In this document: positions 26,455 through 34,731 of the stretch, piece by piece | Numbering within the stretch: the first letter of the stretch is position 1 | How the letters are laid out: every line of letters starts with the position of its first letter | NCBI GenBank assembly: GCA_026014495.1 | Contig: JAOZIF010000080.1 | Location: 1-37,590 of the forward strand | Direction: 5' to 3' | Length of the DNA stretch: 37,590 nucleotides | From: Candidatus Bathyarchaeum sp. | GTDB taxonomy: Archaea > Thermoproteota > Bathyarchaeia > Bathyarchaeales > Bathyarchaeaceae | The notes under the pieces: generated by a model | Told to the model about the DNA's origin: nothing | Seen by the model: the letters and a program-made list of their open reading frames with translations, nothing else | The model's database searches: none | Made by a program: the position numbers and the translations under genes

Positions 26455-26865
26455 ATGGACGATATAGACAAGGCGATAATCGAAATTCTAAAGCATGATG
26501 GCCGAGCCACATATAGCGACATTGGAAAAAGAATTGGCTTATCTGAGGGTGCTGTTCGCAAGAGAATCAAAGCCCTTGTTGACTCGGGCGCAATACGAAG
26601 ATTCACTGTCAAGGTTGGGCTCACAGAAGGAGCCGAAGCAATTGCTTTGCTTTCGGTTGACCCATCTTTGCCAACTTCAGAGGTTTCCAAAGCACTAAAA
26701 CAGTTCTCTAACGTGGAAACCGTCTATGAAATCACGGGCGAATACGACATCGCTGTTACCATATCTGGCTTGAACATAACCGAAGTTAACGAGTGCCTCG
26801 AAGAGATACGGCGCCTTACGGGTGTTGCTAACACAAACACAATGATTGTTCTGCGTAGCTGGTAG
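26455..26865 (+). CDS. lysM: Lrp/AsnC-family regulator, LysM-like, divergent from lysW
   Basis: MDDIDKAIIEILKHDGRATYSDIGKRIGLSEGAVRKRIKAL HTH and RAM domain (YEITGEYD). The symbol rests on synteny with lys genes. Confidence 0.8.
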   Translation: MDDIDKAIIEILKHDGRATYSDIGKRIGLSEGAVRKRIKALVDSGAIRRFTVKVGLTEGAEAIALLSVDPSLPTSEVSKALKQFSNVETVYEITGEYDIAVTISGLNITEVNECLEEIRRLTGVANTNTMIVLRSW

Positions 26866-26887
26866 GCTTTCTTTTATAACATCAAAT

Positions 26888-26958
26888 TACGTTTTCAGAA
26901 ACAGCAGTAATCTTTTCGTATTCTACACAACCTCTTTTTACATAAAGTATATATATTT
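26888..26958 (+). promoter_or_regulatory. Homocitrate operon promoter with upstream Lrp-type sites
   Basis: TACG-TTTTC-AGAA 26888-26900, half-site CTTTT-CGTA ending at 26920, TATATATA at 26948-26955. Confidence 0.5.
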
Positions 26959-27022
26959 GTGCGTTTTGTATTCTTCCGAAATCTATTTAGTAAAAACAGT
27001 GTGAAAAGGAAGGCTCACCAAA

Positions 27023-28261
27023 TTGGAAAACGAATATGTTAACGAACAGGGGCAAAATCTACTACAAAAACTAAAAAGAGAAGGCGTTCTTCCAAGCCCC
27101 TACAATTTCGCTAACTACAAAGCCCCCTCCCTAGACGAATACATAGTTCACGATAGCACTCTACGAGAGGGAGAACAAACCCCCGGCGTTATATTCAGTA
27201 TAGAAGACAAACTGAGAATCGCCAAAAAACTAGATGAGGTGGGAATACCCCAAATAGAAGCTGGGTTCCCCGCAGCCTCAGAAAAACAAAGAAAATGCGT
27301 TGAAGCATTGGTTGACATTAACCTAGATGCACAACTTTCCTCTTTTGCCCGCGCAAAAAAGGAAGACATTGATGCAGTGGCAGATGTGGGAGCCGACGGC
27401 ATAGTAGTGTCTTTGTCTATTTCGCCCTACCACAGGGAGTACAAATTCAAGGGCATGAGCAAAGAAGCGTATCTAGAGAAGCTTGAGGAGCACATCAGCT
27501 ACGCAGAAAGTTATGGACTCTATGTTATTTACAGCGCAGAGGATACTACCCGAGAAAACGATCTGGATTTCTTGAAGACTGCATACAAAACTGCAGAAAA
27601 AGCAGGAGCAGACCGTGCAAGAGTAGTTGACACGCTGGGATGCGTAAGCCCAAACGGTATGGCGTATCTAGTCAAAGAAATAGGAAGCGAACTAGACATT
27701 CCAATAGAGGTTCACTGTCACAATGACCTCGGATTAGCTCTGGCTAACTCGTTAGCTGCAATAGAAGCTGGAGCATCAACAGTGTCAACGTCCGTTAACG
27801 GCTTAGGTGAACGAGCTGGAATAACAATGACCGAAGAGATTATTCCTGTTCTGCATATGCTGTATGGAACCAGCATCTTTGAGATGAATCAGCTAACTTC
27901 TTTAGCTGACCTTGTTCAGCAGATTTCGGGCATAAGTATGCCTCCTCATAAACCATTAACTGGAGCTAACGTAACTGCTCACAGTTCAGGAATACATCAG
28001 CATGGTGTTCTTGTTAACCCCACGACATACGAATTTTATCCGCCCAGAATGATGGGACAAAAACGAAAAATCTACATCGACGAACTAGGTGGCAGGCACG
28101 GAATCATATATGTTGCAAAAGAGCTTGGAATAGAAATCTCTGATGAGACTGCACGAAAGGTTCTTGAACGTGTAAAAGCATCCTTTTCTTCGGGAGAAAG
28201 GCGTAGTTCCTATACTCCAGATGAAATTAAGCAACTAATTGATGAAATCCAAGCGTGTTGA
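27023..28261 (+). CDS. Homocitrate synthase (DRE-TIM LeuA/AksA family, no C-terminal regulatory domain)
   Basis: HDSTLREGEQTPG, IEAGFP, SAEDTTR, DTLG, HCHNDLGLALAN, NGLGERAG, HSSGIHQHG; adjacent to lysWXYZJK. Confidence 0.8.
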   Translation: MENEYVNEQGQNLLQKLKREGVLPSPYNFANYKAPSLDEYIVHDSTLREGEQTPGVIFSIEDKLRIAKKLDEVGIPQIEAGFPAASEKQRKCVEALVDINLDAQLSSFARAKKEDIDAVADVGADGIVVSLSISPYHREYKFKGMSKEAYLEKLEEHISYAESYGLYVIYSAEDTTRENDLDFLKTAYKTAEKAGADRARVVDTLGCVSPNGMAYLVKEIGSELDIPIEVHCHNDLGLALANSLAAIEAGASTVSTSVNGLGERAGITMTEEIIPVLHMLYGTSIFEMNQLTSLADLVQQISGISMPPHKPLTGANVTAHSSGIHQHGVLVNPTTYEFYPPRMMGQKRKIYIDELGGRHGIIYVAKELGIEISDETARKVLERVKASFSSGERRSSYTPDEIKQLIDEIQAC

Positions 28262-28266
28262 AAAAG

Positions 28267-29505
28267 ATGCCATCTACAATAACTGAAAAAATTTTGGCAA
28301 ATGCTTCACACAAAAAAGAAGTGTCTGCAGGGGACTTTGTGGTAGCAGACGTAAGCTATGCAATGGCTCACGATTCAACTGCACCCTTAGCAATCGAGGG
28401 CTTTAGTAAAATCGCAGACAAAGTCTTTGACAATGACCGCGTAATAATTGTGTTTGACCACTTCTTTCCTGCGCCAACAGTAGCTGGAGCTACGTTGCAT
28501 CAAAAATCAAGAAAATTTGTAATGGACCAAAACATTTCAGGGTTTTTTACTAATGGTGTTTGTCACCAAATTTTGGTTGAAAAATTTGTTTCTCCCGGAG
28601 ACGTAGTTGTTGGTGCTGATTCGCACACGTGCACTGAAGGAGCTTTGGGTGCCTTTACTACTGGTTTGGGTTCAACAGACATTGGGGGAGTTATGGCTAC
28701 TGGAAAATGCTGGTTCAAAGTTCCTGAAAGCCTAAAATTCAATTTGACTGGCAAAACAAAGAAGGGCGTCTACGCTAAAGACGTTATTTTGAGCCTTGTT
28801 GGCGATGTTGGTGCTGCTGGTGCTCTTTACAAGGCTTGCGAGTTTACTGGCGACTATGTGAAGGATGCAACTGTTGCTTCGCGTTTGACTTTGTGTAACA
28901 TGGCTATTGAAATGGGAGGCAAAAACGGGGTAATTGAAGCTGACCAGAAAACTCTTGATTTTCTTGGTGGACGTGTTGGAAAAATCTTCAAGAGCGACAA
29001 GGATGCAGTCTACGCTGACACTTATGAGATAGATGTTGGAGCGGTTGAGCCTCAGGTTGCTCTTCCTCCTGTAGTGGATAATGTAGAGCCTGTTTCTGCG
29101 GTTGTAGGAAAACCTATAGACCAAGCCTATTTGGGAACATGCACTAACGGGCGACTAGAAGACATTGAGGTTGCAACAAAAATACTTAAAGGCAAAAAGA
29201 TTGCCCAAAATGTTCGGCTCCTAGTTACTCCTGCTTCACAGGACATTTACTTTGCAGCCCTCAAGAATGGGTACCTTCAAGCTCTTGTAGATGCGGGTGC
29301 AGCTGTTTGTAATCCCACCTGTGGACCTTGTGTCGGTAGGCACGGTGGAGTGTTGGGTGAGGGCGAGGTTTGTCTTTCAACCCAGAACCGAAACTTCACT
29401 GGTAGGATGGGCGACCCGTCAGCGGAGATTATTTTAGCTTCTCCAGCAACTGTTGCGGCTTCGGCTTTGGCTGGAAAGATTGTTGACCCGAGGGATTATT
29501 TGTGA
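28267..29505 (+). CDS. Homoaconitase / 3-isopropylmalate dehydratase large subunit
   Basis: TITEKIL, DHFFP, GVCHQ, GADSHTCT.GA, LCNMAIEMG, GTCTNGR, CGPCVG and STQNRNF.GRMG motifs. Confidence 0.92.
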   Translation: MPSTITEKILANASHKKEVSAGDFVVADVSYAMAHDSTAPLAIEGFSKIADKVFDNDRVIIVFDHFFPAPTVAGATLHQKSRKFVMDQNISGFFTNGVCHQILVEKFVSPGDVVVGADSHTCTEGALGAFTTGLGSTDIGGVMATGKCWFKVPESLKFNLTGKTKKGVYAKDVILSLVGDVGAAGALYKACEFTGDYVKDATVASRLTLCNMAIEMGGKNGVIEADQKTLDFLGGRVGKIFKSDKDAVYADTYEIDVGAVEPQVALPPVVDNVEPVSAVVGKPIDQAYLGTCTNGRLEDIEVATKILKGKKIAQNVRLLVTPASQDIYFAALKNGYLQALVDAGAAVCNPTCGPCVGRHGGVLGEGEVCLSTQNRNFTGRMGDPSAEIILASPATVAASALAGKIVDPRDYL

Positions 29506-29987
29506 AAGTATGGAAGTTTGGAGACGACATAAACACGGATGTTATCACCCCCGGAAGATATACTGTAACCACAGACAAGAAGCGGTTGGGTGAGATAGCA
29601 TTCATAGAGTATCGTCCAGAATTTGGGAAAGGCGTCAAAGAAGGCGACATAATAGTTGCAGGAAACAATTTTGGTTGTGGCTCTTCTCGTGAGCACTCTC
29701 CTGTTGCGATAAAGGCTGCTGGAATCAGTGCAGTAATTGCCAAGTCTTTTGCTCGTATATTCTTTAGAAACTCGATAAACATTGGTCTTCCATTGTTTGT
29801 GTCTGAGGATGCGGACAAAATTGATGACGGCGACGAAGTTGAAATTGACTTTAAAACTGGCGAGATTAGCGACAAAACAAAGGGCATAGTTCTTAAGGTT
29901 AAGCCGTTGCCAGAGTTTATGCAAAAGATTGTTGATAAAGGCGGTTTGGTTGAGTTTTTGCGGAGTGGTGGTTATGACAACGTATAA
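29502..29987 (+). CDS. Homoaconitase / 3-isopropylmalate dehydratase small subunit
   Basis: KFGDDINTDVITPG, GNNFGCGSSREH, SFARIFFRNSINIGLP motifs. Confidence 0.93.
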   Translation: MKVWKFGDDINTDVITPGRYTVTTDKKRLGEIAFIEYRPEFGKGVKEGDIIVAGNNFGCGSSREHSPVAIKAAGISAVIAKSFARIFFRNSINIGLPLFVSEDADKIDDGDEVEIDFKTGEISDKTKGIVLKVKPLPEFMQKIVDKGGLVEFLRSGGYDNV

Positions 29988-30969
29988 GTTGGCGGTTATT
30001 CCGGGTCCTGGAATCGGCGAAGAGGTTACCTCTGAGGCTGTCAGGTTACTTGAGAGTACTGACCTGAGTTTTGATTGTAGTTACTTTGAGATTGGCTATG
30101 AGGTTTTCAAAAAGACGGGTACTCCTGTTCCTGAAGATGTTTTGGCTGGTGTGCGAAAGACTCAGGCTTGCTTGTTTGGGGCTACGACTACTCCTGTTGG
30201 TGTTCCGGGATACAAGAGTGCGATTATTACTTTGCGGACAGCGTTGGGTTTGTATGCTAATGTTAGGCCTGCTAAAAGTTATCCTAACCAGAAAGGCATG
30301 AAAGATGTTGATTTGGTGATTGTTCGGGAGAACACTGAGGGCATGTATAGTGGTTGGGAGTTTGAGTTGCCTGATTCTGCTTATACTGTTAGGGTTATTA
30401 GTCGTAAAGCGACTGAGCGTATTACACGGTTTGCTTTTGATTTGGCTATGAAGCGCAACAAAAAGGTGACTGTGGTTACTAAAGCGAACGTGCTACGCAA
30501 GTCTGACGGTCTGTTTCTTGAGGTTGCACGCCAAGTCGCACAGGATTATCCTGACGTGGAAATGGAAGAAGCGTTTGTTGACGTTACAGCTATGAGGCTC
30601 ATTTTGAAGCCTAAGATTTTTGACGTGATTGTTACATCCAACCTTTTTGGAGACATTCTTTCTGATGAGGCTGCAGGTTTGGTTGGAGGGCTAGGTTTAG
30701 CGCCCAGTGCTAATATTGGCGCAGATTATGCTTTGTTTGAGCCTGTTCACGGTTCTGCTCCTAGGCTTGCGGGAAAGGGAATTGCTAATCCTATGGCTGC
30801 TATTTTGGCGTCTAAGATGATGCTGGATTATCTTGGCGAAAACCGTTGGGCTGAACGTATTGAAAACGCTATAGTAAACGTGCTAACTGAAGGAAAAGTT
30901 TTGACTCCTGACCTTGGAGGCTCTTCGTTAACAAAGCAGGTTACAGACGCGATAATAGATGCGTTGTAG
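29974..30969 (+). CDS. Homoisocitrate / isopropylmalate dehydrogenase family enzyme
   Basis: LYANVRP, IVRENTEG.Y, VTKANV, NLFGDILSDEAAGLVGGLG, FEPVHGSAP, ANPMA. ATG at 29974. Confidence 0.92.
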   Translation: MTTYKLAVIPGPGIGEEVTSEAVRLLESTDLSFDCSYFEIGYEVFKKTGTPVPEDVLAGVRKTQACLFGATTTPVGVPGYKSAIITLRTALGLYANVRPAKSYPNQKGMKDVDLVIVRENTEGMYSGWEFELPDSAYTVRVISRKATERITRFAFDLAMKRNKKVTVVTKANVLRKSDGLFLEVARQVAQDYPDVEMEEAFVDVTAMRLILKPKIFDVIVTSNLFGDILSDEAAGLVGGLGLAPSANIGADYALFEPVHGSAPRLAGKGIANPMAAILASKMMLDYLGENRWAERIENAIVNVLTEGKVLTPDLGGSSLTKQVTDAIIDAL

Positions 30970-30977
30970 CCTATAGT

Positions 30978-33902
30978 TCAGTCCTTTTTTAGTGTTGCCC
31001 GTTTGTGTAGTGTGGTATTGATTTTTGTTAGTGCTGGGTTGAAAATCTGTTTTCTGTGGGCTATTGTTGCTGCGGTTGCTGCCAGTAATAAGGGAACAAG
31101 AACCCACGCTATATACTCGGATAACACTTGGTAACTGTCCGGTTGACCGTAAAGTTCCTCGGTTGTGATGGTGTTTTCCATGTTGTCTTGTGTCAGTATA
31201 TTGTATGTTACGTTTGTGCCGTGGGTAAACTCGGGAATAATTCCGCTCCAGATGTCGCCTTCTATGTTTGTCATTTCTGTAACTGTCCATGTTTCGTTGC
31301 CGTCAGTGTAATTCAGTGCCACCCAAGCAACTCCACTTAACTCGTCAGTTACTGTGGCGTTAACTATTACCCCGTCTTCTAGCGTTCCATTAGCGTTAAC
31401 TGGAGCCTGAACCACATCCACTATGCTTGGAGGCGTAGTGTCAACAGTAAACCATACCGTGACAGACTCGGTCATGACGCTGCCCGTGTAGTTAGCATGA
31501 ACAGTTAAATGGTGAGTCCCATCTGCAAGACTATACAGGGCTGTTGCGTTTTCTGCGTCTACAATTGTTTGTTCATCCAAGCTGTAACCAAGATAGTTGC
31601 ATGTTTCGTTTTTTGTGAACGATAACAAGATGTCCGCTGTGTTGTATGTTTTGTTCTCGGGTGACAAGATAGACATCTCCACGGGAGCAGGAGCAACCGT
31701 GAAATAAACTGTTTCTGAAGAGCAGACGTTTCCCAGCACATCTTCAACAAAGACTGTGACGTTGTGTGGTCCCTCGGGTAGTCCTGTCAAAGTTGCGTTA
31801 CCGATAACCGTTACGTTTTCTTGTCCATCCAAACTGTACGCAGTCCAGACGTAGTCTTGATTTACTGTGTATACAAGAGGAACGTCAAGTGCGTTGTAGG
31901 TCATGTTTTCTGGAGACAACACCGAAACTGCAGTAGAATCATTTTCTGGAGTAAACACGGCAGTCAAAACTGTGTCATTGTCCACGGTAACAATTCTCAC
32001 TCGGTTGGTGTCGCCATCGTCAAGCCAATGAGACCAAACGTATCCATCTTGAATTTCAGGCATCACAACAGTGTATGTCCCGTCATGAACAGTAACAGAG
32101 CAGGGAGTTAACTGAGATTCACCGTCAATCTCAAACATGATTCCATCTATAGGCAAAGATGCCACAGCAAGTTCATTGCTCTCCAAAATGCTTTCGGAAA
32201 CACACTCGTATGCCGCCTGATAATAGAGACGGCCTTGACCATACTCATGAGTGAAAGCAAAAACATAACCTGAGTCCCACAGCGCCACAACTTGAGTGTT
32301 GTTGCCCATTGACGAAACTGAAGCAGCAGATTTACTTTCTACGCCCAATAGACGTTCATCAACAGAAAGCGATGTGCCAAATGGATTATCAGAAACAAGG
32401 TGTGAATAGCCGCCGACGTTTATGTAATAGTTAGCCCCAAACCAGTCACTTATTGAACTCAAACCGAACCTGTATCCATCAAATTCTGACCCTTCAGCAC
32501 GATAAGGCCACATGTCTTTGCAGTATACTGTAAAGTAGCAAGGAACTCCTGTTAGAACAACTACGCCGCCGCCATCAGACAAGTAATCAGCGATAACTGA
32601 TGCATGTTGGGGTTCAACAGCCCAAAAGGCGTCAATGACAACAAGGTCATAATTTGTTAGAGTTTCAGGTATGTCGCCTGCAAAGTCAACATTGAAGCCT
32701 GCCTGTTCAAGGGCGTATGCTACTGAAAAACGGCGGTTGTCCATGTCTGATTCAGTAGACCATGGGTTCCAATCAGTGCCGTCGGTAAGATGGTGGGCAA
32801 GCCAGTTGTCTTTCCAGTTAATGAACAATGCAGAATTGCCGTTTTCAGCAGCCCATCGGGCTCCGCCTCCAAGAAGTTCTAAAGATGCTGGTACGGATGC
32901 TTCACTATTTTGTTCATCTGTTGTCGGCGCTAGATTAACTTTGAATGTTGCGGTTGCTTTGTTTCCCTGCTCGTCAGTAGCTTTCACTTGGTAACTTCCG
33001 TTGGTTTGGTTCAGGACGCTTATTATGCATGTGAAGTTGCCGTAGCCATCAGAAATGAGTGGGCTTGGAACTGTAGGTATCAGAATGTTGTCCCATGTGA
33101 CAGATATTTTGGAGTTTGGTGCAAATCCTGAGCCCACAATTGTTGTTGCTGCTATTCCTTCTGTGGGAACCAATTCAAGCTTTGTGTCTACTTCTGGACC
33201 AGAGAATATTTTCACGTCGTCAAAGTACACTGTAGCCTCGTTGTAGCATTGACTGACAGAAAACGCTTCGATTCCATAAGAAGGAAAATCTGCTGTTTCG
33301 CCTGAAGTTGTGGTTACGGGCAAGTTGTCTGCTCGTAGTTCTCCGTCAACCCAGACAGAGTATGTTTCGTTGGTTCGGTTCATAACCAGTTTGATGTTGT
33401 ACCAAGTGTTTGGTTTATAATTTTGCAGAATTACACTTCCAGTCACCATTGTGCCGTCATAATGAAAAACAACAGGCGCATACTCACACGAAATTGAGGA
33501 GCTTAACTTTTTGGTGAATGACACGCGAGCGTTATCGCGGCTTTGCCCGTTTGTCTCCTCAACTCTAACTGCTACCTCAAACCCGATTACTTGTGAACTT
33601 GAAGTAAACGGTTTAGCAGCAAAAGCCGCCCATCCGTGCAAGCCATGAAGTTTCAAAGAGTTTGTTGGAGAACCACAAACACTGTCTACTATAATCTGTT
33701 GTTCAGTGCCTGCTCCGTTAAACCATAGCTCCCATCCGCCGCCATAAGGAAATGTTCCTGTAGTGTATTTTTCGAAGTTGTCTTCGAACAAAACCTGTTC
33801 TGCTGCCTCTACTTGAGGTATGACCGTGAAAATAGTAGTGGGGACAATTAAAGAACAAATGATGGAAAGTGCGAAACATGATGCAATGTTCAGGTTAGAC
33901 AC
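30978..33902 (-). CDS. Large multidomain surface glycoprotein (LamG/ConA-like, Ig-like, GATase-I-like, PEGA-like, Big repeats, C-terminal TM)
   Basis: Hydrophobic N-terminus ending VEA, repeated VLSPENxTY...YSLD modules, DTTPP, many N-x-S/T sequons, and a C-terminal LSEY plus TM plus basic tail. The ORF-track start at 33965 overlaps the operator, so GTG 33902 or CTG 33893 is more likely. Domain names are by eye. Confidence 0.75.
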   Translation of the reverse strand: MSNLNIASCFALSIICSLIVPTTIFTVIPQVEAAEQVLFEDNFEKYTTGTFPYGGGWELWFNGAGTEQQIIVDSVCGSPTNSLKLHGLHGWAAFAAKPFTSSSQVIGFEVAVRVEETNGQSRDNARVSFTKKLSSSISCEYAPVVFHYDGTMVTGSVILQNYKPNTWYNIKLVMNRTNETYSVWVDGELRADNLPVTTTSGETADFPSYGIEAFSVSQCYNEATVYFDDVKIFSGPEVDTKLELVPTEGIAATTIVGSGFAPNSKISVTWDNILIPTVPSPLISDGYGNFTCIISVLNQTNGSYQVKATDEQGNKATATFKVNLAPTTDEQNSEASVPASLELLGGGARWAAENGNSALFINWKDNWLAHHLTDGTDWNPWSTESDMDNRRFSVAYALEQAGFNVDFAGDIPETLTNYDLVVIDAFWAVEPQHASVIADYLSDGGGVVVLTGVPCYFTVYCKDMWPYRAEGSEFDGYRFGLSSISDWFGANYYINVGGYSHLVSDNPFGTSLSVDERLLGVESKSAASVSSMGNNTQVVALWDSGYVFAFTHEYGQGRLYYQAAYECVSESILESNELAVASLPIDGIMFEIDGESQLTPCSVTVHDGTYTVVMPEIQDGYVWSHWLDDGDTNRVRIVTVDNDTVLTAVFTPENDSTAVSVLSPENMTYNALDVPLVYTVNQDYVWTAYSLDGQENVTVIGNATLTGLPEGPHNVTVFVEDVLGNVCSSETVYFTVAPAPVEMSILSPENKTYNTADILLSFTKNETCNYLGYSLDEQTIVDAENATALYSLADGTHHLTVHANYTGSVMTESVTVWFTVDTTPPSIVDVVQAPVNANGTLEDGVIVNATVTDELSGVAWVALNYTDGNETWTVTEMTNIEGDIWSGIIPEFTHGTNVTYNILTQDNMENTITTEELYGQPDSYQVLSEYIAWVLVPLLLAATAATIAHRKQIFNPALTKINTTLHKRATLKKD

Positions 33903-33946
33903 CTCTAACAACACAATGAAGTGTCTGTGTTGTAAAAAGGGTTTTT

Positions 33947-33996
33947 GTAAATGTTTCTTGACCAATAATTTAATGCATTAGTCAAACTTTCTTGAC
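33947..33996 (-). promoter_or_regulatory. Tandem GTCAA-N6-TTGAC operator pair, gene 30978-33902
   Basis: In gene orientation: GTCAAGAAAGTTTGAC (33996-33981, extended perfect arms ATTAGTCAA/TTGACTAAT) and GTCAAGAAACATTTAC (33962-33947), followed by AAAAACC-CTTTTTAC. Confidence 0.8.
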
Positions 33997-34090
33997 TAAT
34001 ATTTTGTATAAAATAAAACTTAATTTTGTGTTTAATATTTCCACTAAAGCGTCAAAAAATATTAAAACATTCTGGTTGAAAAAAAGACGT

Positions 34091-34462
34091 TTAGTGTCTT
34101 CCTTTGTGTCTTTGGTTTCTTTGGCTTCTGGTTTGTTTTTGTCGCCAGTCCCGTTTTCTTTGTGTTTCTATGCGTTCTCTTGAGAATTCGTAGTGCTTGG
34201 AACCTCGGTTTCTGTAGTCGTCTAGTTCTTGGTAAAAGCTTGAGTAGCTCATCTCGTCGTTAGAGAGTGCTACCAAAATGTCGTTTACTTCAGCTCTAGT
34301 TTCTGATGTATCTAATGTATCCCATGTTTTAGAATAAGCGAGATAAGCAGCTTGAAATTTAAAGTCGGATGGTTTGTTGTTTGGTAATTTTGTTATTTCT
34401 TCGGTTTGTGTTTCTTCTGGTTGTTGGGTTTCTTCGGTTTGAGGCTTCGTTTCTTTAGTCAT
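34091..34462 (-). CDS. Hypothetical protein, 123 aa, acidic N-terminus and basic C-terminus
   Basis: Clean ATG-start ORF with plausible composition; no recognisable family. Confidence 0.7.
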   Translation of the reverse strand: MTKETKPQTEETQQPEETQTEEITKLPNNKPSDFKFQAAYLAYSKTWDTLDTSETRAEVNDILVALSNDEMSYSSFYQELDDYRNRGSKHYEFSRERIETQRKRDWRQKQTRSQRNQRHKGRH

Positions 34463-34634
34463 AACTTTCTATACCCTGAAACTGATGGCAATACTACACT
34501 CGGCAACAATATAAATACCTATCTAACATCCGCGAAAACACATTTATAACCCAAAAAATCAAAAGAAATAAAAAATGGTGCTATTGTTAGGGTTAAAATC
34601 TTTTTGTGGTGTCCTAACTTGTTGTTGAAGTTTT

Positions 34635-34685
34635 GTCAAGAAACATTGACTGACCTGTATTTGTCGTAGGTCAAGAAACCTTTAC
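34635..34685 (+). promoter_or_regulatory. Tandem GTCAA-N6-TTGAC operator pair, gene 34732-35970
   Basis: GTCAAGAAACATTGAC (34635-34650) and GTCAAGAAACCTTTAC (34670-34685), followed by AAAAAACC-TCTTAAC. Confidence 0.8.
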
Positions 34686-34731
34686 AAAAAACCTCTTAAC
34701 TGATGATTCTAGAACACATTTGGGGGACGAA

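Noticed and set aside
27023-30969. Leucine (leuACDB) or coenzyme B (aksADEF) assignment and any inference of methanogenesis
   Set aside because: The families cannot be separated by eye. DSTLREGEQ, the missing regulatory domain, the lys synteny and the shared Lrp sites favour the aminoadipate route. No mcr or other coenzyme B genes are in view.
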